DNA from: an uncultured virus (IMG/VR IMGVR_UViG_3300044701_002219)
Lineage: Duplodnaviria; Heunggongvirae; Uroviricota; Caudoviricetes
Strand: one strand, 5' to 3'
Length of the DNA stretch: 56,207 nt
IMG/VR virus record: IMGVR_UViG_3300044701_002219
Part shown: piece after piece, positions 39,416 to 46,124 of the stretch
Numbering within the stretch: the stretch's first letter is position 1
How the letters are laid out: each line of letters begins with the position of its first letter
Translations under genes and position numbers: made by a program
Notes under the pieces: generated by a model
Seen by the model: the letters and a program-made list of their open reading frames with translations, nothing else
The model's database searches: none
Told to the model about the DNA's origin: nothing

Positions 39416-39438
39416 AAGGGGCTAACGCCCCTTTTTTT
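39416..39438 (+). terminator. Intrinsic terminator
   Basis: AAGGGGC-TAAC-GCCCCTT followed by a T-tract. Confidence 0.75.
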
Positions 39439-39567
39439 CTACCCCTAAACACAGGAAGATATTTACTATCATCCCCTGCGCCAATCCCATACTCCACGCT
39501 CTCTCGCCCTCTCGCTCGTCTAAGACAAAACCCCCTTCTTTTAAGAATAATCATAAACCTAAAAACT

Positions 39568-39840
39568 ATGCAGTCAACAAACAAATTCGACACAATCCGT
39601 AGCATCAATGCTAACTTCGAAACCATCAACAATCGCTCTATCGACTCTGACGAGTTCGATGTGCTCATGGATACCGAAGACAACTTGCTTAGCATATTTG
39701 AGAATAAGCTAAGCAATACGGCCAAGCTAATAGGCGAATTACGCCTAAGCAATAGCCCTTTGCTGCCTGTTGCCCTACAGTTCAACAGTCCGCAGATGCT
39801 ATTCGCACCATTAGTAGCTAGTATCTCCTTCCGGAGATAA
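39568..39840 (+). CDS. Hypothetical early protein
   Basis: 90 aa, in a cassette. Confidence 0.6.
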   Translation: MQSTNKFDTIRSINANFETINNRSIDSDEFDVLMDTEDNLLSIFENKLSNTAKLIGELRLSNSPLLPVALQFNSPQMLFAPLVASISFRR

Positions 39841-39881
39841 CTAGCAAAGAGGGGGGAACAAAACCCCCTTTTTTATTTACT

Positions 39882-39950
39882 ATGCTGTACACCATCATAA
39901 ACGGTGTCGTAGTTTCGATCGAAGATGCGATCGAATACGACCACAAATAG
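39882..39950 (+). CDS. Mini-protein, 22 aa, MLYTIINGVVVSIEDAIEYDHK
   Basis: Motif upstream, terminator downstream. Paralogous to 38623-38688. Confidence 0.7.
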   Translation: MLYTIINGVVVSIEDAIEYDHK

Positions 39951-39983
39951 TTAACACTATTTGTCCGCCGGCCTAAAGGCCTC

Positions 39984-40010
39984 AAGACTGCTTCGGCAGT
40001 CTTTTTTTTT
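39984..40010 (+). terminator. Intrinsic terminator
   Basis: AAGACTGC-TTCG-GCAGTCTT followed by a T-tract (cUUCGg loop). Confidence 0.85.
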
Positions 40011-40135
40011 CTCCTATACGTTATATATAGGAGTATGAATAAGCAAACCCTCGCCGGCTCCGCTCTACACCCGATTCGCACTTCCGGCTCAGTCTAAGAG
40101 AATACAAACCCCCTTTTTTTTAAAAACTAAATACT

Positions 40136-40573
40136 ATGGAAAAAATTATGAAAGCCCTATTAGAGGCAAAGCACCCAACACTCGACGCTAACACAATACT
40201 TGAAATAGCAAGTATGACACCTAATGCAAAACTCGCAGTCGAAAAGCTATGCGGCATCTATGAACCCTGTGGAATAACTCAGGGAGAAATGCGCCGTGAT
40301 AACCACTCCGGCATAATACAAACAGTAACCGCCATACAGGAGTGGGAAAACCGAGTACATTATAGCTACGTAAGAGAAAAGACCGTGGGCATTTATATCC
40401 CTAACGATATAGATGAAAACGTAGTAACCTATGAAAACTACAAAAGCTACGAGTGCAACTACCAAGGCGGTGGAAAGACAAAATACATATACCTTAAAAC
40501 AGGTGTAATAGAGACCGCTATGAGCAGCTGCGAAATCGAAGAGTGGCTAACCCGCGAGATAGTCCAAGACTAA
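40136..40573 (+). CDS. Hypothetical early protein
   Basis: 145 aa, in a cassette. Confidence 0.65.
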   Translation: MEKIMKALLEAKHPTLDANTILEIASMTPNAKLAVEKLCGIYEPCGITQGEMRRDNHSGIIQTVTAIQEWENRVHYSYVREKTVGIYIPNDIDENVVTYENYKSYECNYQGGGKTKYIYLKTGVIETAMSSCEIEEWLTREIVQD

Positions 40574-40604
40574 GAAAGAAGAGCCTAAGGGCTCTTTCTT
40601 TTTT
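40573..40604 (+). terminator. Intrinsic terminator
   Basis: AAGAGCC-TAAG-GGCTCTT followed by a T-tract. Confidence 0.75.
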
Positions 40605-40698
40605 TAATACCTATGTCTTATTTACTATCATCCCACAAATCCTAACTCTGCTCGCGCACGCTCCAAGAAAACCCCCTTTTTAATCTAAAATATTTATT

Positions 40699-40884
40699 AT
40701 GGAAAACTCAAACAACTACGACGCCTACACACTATTATCAATCATAGAAATGATTGATGTAAGAATCGAAAGGCTATCTAAAGCGTATATAGATAAAAAT
40801 ATTACCTTCGAAATGCCTATAATCGCAGAGCTTCGTAGTCTAAAACGAGAGCTTCAAATCTTATACTATAATAAAGGGGAATAA
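40699..40884 (+). CDS. Hypothetical early protein
   Basis: 61 aa, in a cassette. Confidence 0.6.
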   Translation: MENSNNYDAYTLLSIIEMIDVRIERLSKAYIDKNITFEMPIIAELRSLKRELQILYYNKGE

Positions 40885-40921
40885 CCCCCTTTTTTTCTAA
40901 AACATTAAAACCCAAATACAT

Positions 40922-41146
40922 ATGCAGGAAAGAAGAACCAAAGGTATGGACAAGGACATCTATGCGATATATTATAAAGCAAATATCGAAGATGTCCTTT
41001 ACATAAAGTCCAAGAACAAAGCCATCGCCTTCTGCCGTGGCTTAGATATCCTAACTAACCGGTTTGGGCTTACACCTAATGATTACGAAATCATTAGCGT
41101 GTATCACAGACCCGACTACACCGGTTGGTATTGGGAAGAAGAATAA
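40922..41146 (+). CDS. Hypothetical early protein
   Basis: 74 aa, in a cassette, followed by the AACAGGGGA-GTAA-TCCCCTGTT terminator. Confidence 0.6.
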   Translation: MQERRTKGMDKDIYAIYYKANIEDVLYIKSKNKAIAFCRGLDILTNRFGLTPNDYEIISVYHRPDYTGWYWEEE

Positions 41147-41311
41147 GAACAGGGGAGTAATCCCCTGTTTTTCTAATACATTCCCACAGCCCTCGCACTA
41201 ATGCTCGCCCACGGCCGGCCCGCTTCGCACTCGCTTCGCTCGCCTCGCTCAAAAACCAAGACCAACCCCCTTCTTTTTTAAATCATTTATAAACCCTTAA
41301 AACTTAAAACT

Positions 41312-41716
41312 ATGTTACAAGCAAGCTACCTCCGCGACTACCCAAGCAAAAAGAAAATTGGTGAAACTGTCTTCGTTTATGCCGTTACCGGCACACCCGA
41401 AGAACTTTCACAATTTAAAACAGCCCAAGGCACCCACTACCGGGTCGATGAACACACGGGCACCCCACTGTATTTTGACACGATTTATGCGGGCGACGTA
41501 GTCACCCTTAAAATCTCGTCAAATAACAAGACCTTCATCGACCTCAGTGAAATTCGAAAGGCTGTCGCACTTTCGAAAATCACCGGTGGCAACTTCGGGC
41601 AGGCATTAGCTTCGACCCTTGCGAGTACCCTCGCACCTCAGCTAACTGCCCGTCCTACGTCAGCACCGTCTTCCGCACCGAAGACCGAAGAAGATAGCAC
41701 CGACGCACCGTTCTAA
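41312..41716 (+). CDS. Hypothetical protein with SSB-like acidic C-terminal tail, paralog of 42556-42945
   Basis: Ends KTEEDSTDAPF. Shares TVFVY.V.G..L..FK.AQG..YRVDE.TG.PL.F and SNNK..D.SE..GGN.G..LA. Confidence 0.65.
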   Translation: MLQASYLRDYPSKKKIGETVFVYAVTGTPEELSQFKTAQGTHYRVDEHTGTPLYFDTIYAGDVVTLKISSNNKTFIDLSEIRKAVALSKITGGNFGQALASTLASTLAPQLTARPTSAPSSAPKTEEDSTDAPF

Positions 41717-41723
41717 CGAACGG

Positions 41724-41758
41724 AAAAAAGAAAGCCCTTAGGGGCTTTTCTTTTTTTT
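41724..41758 (+). terminator. Intrinsic terminator
   Basis: GAAAGCCC-TTAG-GGGCTTTT followed by a T-tract. Confidence 0.75.
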
Positions 41759-41907
41759 CTCCGGCCTACGCACTTTTAAAACGAAACTCCTACCAACCCT
41801 TAAAGACATAAGACACATAGTTAGAAAGTTACTATCATCCTCTCATAGTGACTCTCTCACTCTCTCCGGCTCTTGCACAACCCAATAATTATCTGTATAT
41901 TTACTCT

Positions 41908-42210
41908 ATGGCAAAATCTAAACGTAACTCAAACGCCGGCAAGTTTACCGGTAAGTCAGCATCCTCAAGATACTTCGCTAACAATCCAGAAGCTAGGAAG
42001 AAGAAGAATGAGTATAACTCTAAGTACCACTCTACTGAAGAGCGTAAGAACTATCGTGAAGAACTCAACAAGATTAACCGCCGTAATAATGATGCGGGAT
42101 ACGGGGATCGCCTAGACCTTAGTCATACCCGCTCGGGTAAGTTAGTCAAAGAATCTCGCTCTAGGAACCGTGCTCGTAATGGCAAAAACGGTAAGAGCTC
42201 CAAGAAATAG
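41908..42210 (+). CDS. Basic protein with degenerate HNH-like motif
   Basis: Start placed at ATG 41908. DLSHTRSGKLVKESRSRNRARN resembles a minimal betabetaalpha-Me motif. Confidence 0.55.
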   Translation: MAKSKRNSNAGKFTGKSASSRYFANNPEARKKKNEYNSKYHSTEERKNYREELNKINRRNNDAGYGDRLDLSHTRSGKLVKESRSRNRARNGKNGKSSKK

Positions 42211-42555
42211 CGCACTGATTTCGACGAACTGGCTCTTTTTTAGTCAAAAGCCGGCTTTTTAGGTATCTCTTCTTCGACGAATAGCCATTTATCTTCGATA
42301 AGACATTTTAAGATACGTAGGATATTTAACTCCTTCCAACCCCCTTTTTTCTTAAATCTTTATATAAGCTCTTGAGTCAGGGGAGTCGGATATAGCCATT
42401 TAGTCGAACCTCAGCTAACCCATTAGGTTACAGGTTATTAAGTAATAAATGTCATATTAGCTATTACCAACCCCCTTTTTCATTAGCTATTGCTCTCACT
42501 GTCAGGAAGTTAGAGCTATAAAGTAATAAACAATAACCCTTAAAAACAAAAAAAG

Positions 42556-42945
42556 ATGAAAGCAACACTATTACGCAACTACAAGTCGCAAGCAGGTAAC
42601 ACAGTATTCGTATACTCAGTAGACGGAGATGTACAGCAATTAGAGAACTTCAAAAGTGCTCAAGGTTCTAACTATAGAGTCGATGAGAAAACAGGCGCAC
42701 CTCTTTGGTTTACAACACGTTGCATCGGAGACGAAGGAACTCTGATTATCACAAGTAACAACAAAGTTGTGCCAGATATGTCTGAATATGATAAGATGGC
42801 AAGCTTAGCATCTCAGTATGGCGGTAACTTAGGCGAGCAATTAGCCCGTGCAGCAGCTGAGGCATTGCTATCTAAGACAAAAGCAGTAGCAACTAAGGTA
42901 GAAACACCTGTTGCAGCAGCTACTAAAGACCTTGGAACTTTATAG
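42556..42945 (+). CDS. Hypothetical protein, paralog of 41312-41716
   Basis: 129 aa, end-to-end motif sharing. Confidence 0.7.
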   Translation: MKATLLRNYKSQAGNTVFVYSVDGDVQQLENFKSAQGSNYRVDEKTGAPLWFTTRCIGDEGTLIITSNNKVVPDMSEYDKMASLASQYGGNLGEQLARAAAEALLSKTKAVATKVETPVAAATKDLGTL

Positions 42946-43064
42946 TTCGGGGTTTAAGTAGTTGAAAGTTAGAGAGTTAGGAAGGCTATAATCCTTCCTA
43001 CTCTTTTCTAACTATCTAAAAATCAGTCAAAAACTCCCTAAATAAAAAAACAAAACAGCAATAT

Positions 43065-43307
43065 ATGTCTAATACTCTTAAGACTCTTTACACAATAGGT
43101 CTCTACCTATTAGTTACTCTGTCTCTTGTCTTCTTATATTCTTGTAATGGGCATAAGGAGATATCTGTCAACGCCTGCCCGGTATGGGCTGATAATATAC
43201 ATAACCCGGATAACCAAGAGTTTGTAGAAGAGGTAGCTTTTAATCTGGATATCCCTCCGGCTCAGGTTACCCAACAAATGTTTGATGAGAGATATGGTTC
43301 TCATTAG
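43065..43307 (+). CDS. Putative lipoprotein
   Basis: Signal peptide ending VFLYS-C (lipobox-like). Confidence 0.5.
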   Translation: MSNTLKTLYTIGLYLLVTLSLVFLYSCNGHKEISVNACPVWADNIHNPDNQEFVEEVAFNLDIPPAQVTQQMFDERYGSH

Positions 43308-43420
43308 ACTCCTATAGGTTTGCACCTTAATAGCTTGTATAGGTTTTAAGTAAGAAAAGTTTAGGGAGAGTAGTCTCTATTTATAGTATACGGCCACGGA
43401 TAAGATCACTCGCCGACTAA

Positions 43421-43570
43421 CTTTGGGAATGCACCACAACTCCATTCCCAAGGTGGAGCAGTTGTAATTCAGAGTATAAGCACTGATAAGTACTTCCTAG
43501 AATACCTCTTATAGATATTCTATGTAGAGGAAAGCAGCAAGGGTATTACAACTGAGTGCAGAGGGGTTAT
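43421..43570 (+). ncRNA. Twister-like ribozyme candidate (variant)
   Basis: G|AA-TGCA-CC..CTCCA[TTCCCAAGG]TGGAG-CAGTTGTAAT..ATTACAACTG-AG-TGCA-GA-GGG. P2, P4, P5 and both pseudoknots (CCC/GGG, CC/GG) map onto twister topology. P1 is weak, L4 is 1 nt long and T2 is CC/GG rather than GC/GC. Confidence 0.45.
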
Positions 43571-43700
43571 AGGCAATTGTAATAAACTAACCTCTACAAA
43601 ACCTTACATAGATAAGGAATAGATACCTGTATAGGCAACCAACAGCCGTTGAGGGGTGATAATAATATTACAGGGATATGTTACAACTGAGTGCAGAGGG
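43546..43700 (+). repeat. 20-bp direct repeat TTACAACTGAGTGCAGAGGG (43546-43565, 43681-43700)
   Basis: Exact copies 135 nt apart, each preceded by a complementary CA(G/A)TTGTAAT. Confidence 0.85.
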
Positions 43701-43732
43701 ACACAATACTAACCACTCAAAAATTTTAAACT

Positions 43733-43858
43733 ATGATTATCAAAGACCACCCAATCAACAAGCCAGAAAGAGATGGATTCGTTATGAATTTTGTAGAAGA
43801 AGCTATACGTGAGTATGAGTTTGACTACTACGACGACGACTTTAACGGAATATTTTAA
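43733..43858 (+). CDS. Small acidic protein, 41 aa (MIIKDHPINK..EYEFDYYDDDFNGIF)
   Basis: Read by hand. Typical A-rich start context (TTTTAAACTATG). Confidence 0.55.
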   Translation: MIIKDHPINKPERDGFVMNFVEEAIREYEFDYYDDDFNGIF

Positions 43859-43868
43859 TCTATCTAAT

Positions 43869-44051
43869 ATGAAACAGATCGATGATAAGGTACAAGAGTT
43901 GATAGACTCTATAGTTAGAGCAGCTAAGGCTATACACGAAAAGCCTAATGCCGAAGCTTATATTAGAAGAAAGATTGCTGACATCTATTACGCAGGTAAA
44001 GAAGTTGGCAAGATGAGTTTAACTGATGAGATCTTTAACGGGTCTCATTAG
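43869..44051 (+). CDS. Hypothetical protein, 60 aa
   Basis: Start placed at ATG 43869 (MKQIDDKV..). The GTG extension overlaps the 41-aa gene. Confidence 0.6.
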   Translation: MKQIDDKVQELIDSIVRAAKAIHEKPNAEAYIRRKIADIYYAGKEVGKMSLTDEIFNGSH

Positions 44052-44058
44052 TTTTTTA

Positions 44059-44119
44059 AGTGTACTGATGAGTCCTGATGGGACGAAACACAAAGATTTA
44101 TTATCTTTGTGTCTGCACT
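44059..44119 (+). ncRNA. Hammerhead ribozyme (type I)
   Basis: Stem I AGTGTA/TGCACT, core CTGATGA (44065-71), stem II GTCC/GGAC, GAAA (44085-88), stem III CACAAAGAT/ATCTTTGTG, GTC cleavage triplet ending at 44113. Confidence 0.92.
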
Positions 44120-44222
44120 GTATGAAGTTTGTGAGTACACGCCATTCGTGCGAACTCACCGGCAGATAGAGCCGTGTCTAACTGAATAACAGTAAGTTAG
44201 GCAGAATCTATAAGATTTTTAA

Positions 44223-44274
44223 GGGATGCTAACAGCACTTATTAACTTTTGGTATAAAGTAAAAATGGCATCCC
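44223..44274 (+). ncRNA. Structured element 1 (GGGATGC-TAACAGCA..GCATCCC)
   Basis: 7-bp closing stem, CAGCA bulge, inner hairpin. Same architecture as 44281-44386. Confidence 0.5.
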
Positions 44275-44280
44275 GCAAAC

Positions 44281-44386
44281 CGAGTTAAAGGATACATCAG
44301 CAACTTATAAATTATAAACATAAGTTAAACCGGGGAAATCTACTTCACAAGTAACTTGTGGTAGGTAAAGTATCCTGTAACGCTCG
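44281..44386 (+). ncRNA. Structured element 2 (AGGATAC-ATCAGCA..GTATCCT)
   Basis: Closing stem with a compensatory change relative to element 1, CAGCA, two inner hairpins, outer CGAG/CTCG pairing. Confidence 0.5.
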
Positions 44387-44463
44387 ACACCTTACCACCT
44401 GTAAAAGGGTGGTGGGTTTCCCCAAATTTTATCACTCAGTAAAAACCAAAAAACCAATCAACT

Positions 44464-44733
44464 ATGAATCCAACTTTGTTTGTGGTTAGTCTCTTCCCAG
44501 AAAAAAGAGACCTTCCTTGTGTATTAGGTATTACGGAAGAAAGATCTGAGGCTCTATCTAAAAAGGTAGTAGAGCTAATGGCATCAGAAGAGTTTCCTAA
44601 AATCACTGATAAGATGTCCGAGCTATCTAAGATATGCTTGCACGCCAATGAGTTAGCATTTTGTTGCTACGCTCTCGGGCACTCAGCAGCTCACGGAGAA
44701 TTTATGCACCGTATGTTTGGAAGGGGTATGTAA
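44464..44733 (+). CDS. Hypothetical protein
   Basis: 89 aa, LGITEER..L..HANELAF, good start context. Confidence 0.65.
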   Translation: MNPTLFVVSLFPEKRDLPCVLGITEERSEALSKKVVELMASEEFPKITDKMSELSKICLHANELAFCCYALGHSAAHGEFMHRMFGRGM

Positions 44734-44783
44734 TAATACCCCTCTTTCTCGCTCTCATTACTAACCACCTAAACCTAAAAGAA

Positions 44784-46031
44784 ATGAAAGAAGAAATATT
44801 CAGCAAGATTGTAGACCTGTATAATACCTACTATAAGTTTAACTCTGTAACATTTACAGATGAGTATGAGGTATATACCTTTGAGAACAGTCATCAATGT
44901 AGCCAAGACTTTGATACGATGAAGGAGAAAGCAAAGATGTTCTTGAAAAAGGGCAGCTGTGTGAAGCCTGAGGATAAGGGATATGGTTGCTTTAAGAAAT
45001 TTATTTCTGTTGTATATAACAAGAAACGTCAAAGTATATCTTCCTCGAGTTTGTTGGTAGAGTATAGATACTCGAGGAATCAGAATCGTTATCTACCTAT
45101 AAGAAGGAAAGATTATCAGTTTTGTTATAGCGATAAGCTCTATACTTTTATGTACATAAGAAATAAGAGATGTATACGCATTGCGACTCCAAGTAATATA
45201 GATAAGAATATCTTTAATATCGTGACCGGCACAACAGCCGATATCGAGTATACTGCGATACCTTATAACTATTATATTGGGACTAACTCTCATTGGGAAG
45301 CTTTGTCTAAATACGTAAAGGCTCCTATACCTAAGGCTCTACATAGATTTCACGTGAACGATGTTCACAATCTATATAAAGTAATGAAGGATAAGAATGA
45401 GATAAACAAGCTGTGTCAGTTTATTGCTAAGACTCCCTTACCGGGTTGGACAGGACTATACGATACTCTGTCTCGTATGATGTTAGAGTCTATGACACAT
45501 ACGTGGTTGATTAGAGATTGGATCGCTGACCACGTGACTCTTAAGAAAAAGTTATCTTTGAAGATAACTTCTGAGAAGAGGATAATGGACGAGCACCTTC
45601 GTATGAGTAGACAGATTCAGCTTAGAGGTATAAAGGATATATCTGTTAAGCCTATCTACAAAAAGATTATGAAGAATTTTCCTATCGATAAGGTAGAGTT
45701 GATAGCAGACAAAGACCGTTTGATGAAGGAGGGTATAGAGATGGAACATTGTGTAGCCTCCTATGCTCAGATGATAAACAGAGGTCAGTGCTGTATCCTA
45801 TCTATCCCTTATGAAGGAGAAAGATATACGGCTGAGATAGGCTTTACAGGAAGAATGATGGCAGATAACAACAGTCATTCTGAGTATAAGCTTAAACAGC
45901 TACGAGGGTTTAGAAATAAACCTGCGCCGGAAGGACTTGTAAATGAGGTAACAAACTATCTCTCTAAATATACTATCGATAATCGTACAGATCTCGATAA
46001 GTTTTTAGATGAGGTGGAGTTGCCCTTTTAG
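44784..46031 (+). CDS. PcfJ-like domain protein
   Basis: C-terminal LMKEGIEMEHCVASY..CILSI..YTAEI..QLRGFRN. Start placed at ATG 44784. Confidence 0.75.
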   Translation: MKEEIFSKIVDLYNTYYKFNSVTFTDEYEVYTFENSHQCSQDFDTMKEKAKMFLKKGSCVKPEDKGYGCFKKFISVVYNKKRQSISSSSLLVEYRYSRNQNRYLPIRRKDYQFCYSDKLYTFMYIRNKRCIRIATPSNIDKNIFNIVTGTTADIEYTAIPYNYYIGTNSHWEALSKYVKAPIPKALHRFHVNDVHNLYKVMKDKNEINKLCQFIAKTPLPGWTGLYDTLSRMMLESMTHTWLIRDWIADHVTLKKKLSLKITSEKRIMDEHLRMSRQIQLRGIKDISVKPIYKKIMKNFPIDKVELIADKDRLMKEGIEMEHCVASYAQMINRGQCCILSIPYEGERYTAEIGFTGRMMADNNSHSEYKLKQLRGFRNKPAPEGLVNEVTNYLSKYTIDNRTDLDKFLDEVELPF

Positions 46032-46124
46032 ATACTAGGTTGATGGTGTAAACAAAGAAGAGTCCGGCGGAGAAATCCGTCGGGCTATTCAAACTTATTA
46101 ATTAACAACTCAAAACAGATTACT

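Larger units (their letters stand above)
38574..42480 (+). repeat. Dispersed motif (A)ACCCCCTT(T/C)TT, 11 copies, putative phage early promoter
   Basis: Copies at about 38574, 38737, 39134, 39529, 39862, 40107, 40670, 40883, 41264, 42338 and 42469, nearly all just upstream of an ORF start. Confidence 0.75.

Noticed and set aside
43546..43700. CRISPR mini-array from the 20-bp repeat
   Set aside because: Only two copies with a 115-nt structured spacer and no cas genes. Better explained as a duplicated RNA-structure strand.
43295..44051. Two ORFs both ending GSH-stop (GG(T/G)TCTCATTAG)
   Set aside because: Only about 11 nt in two copies. It might mark a processing or recombination site before each RNA block, but chance cannot be excluded.
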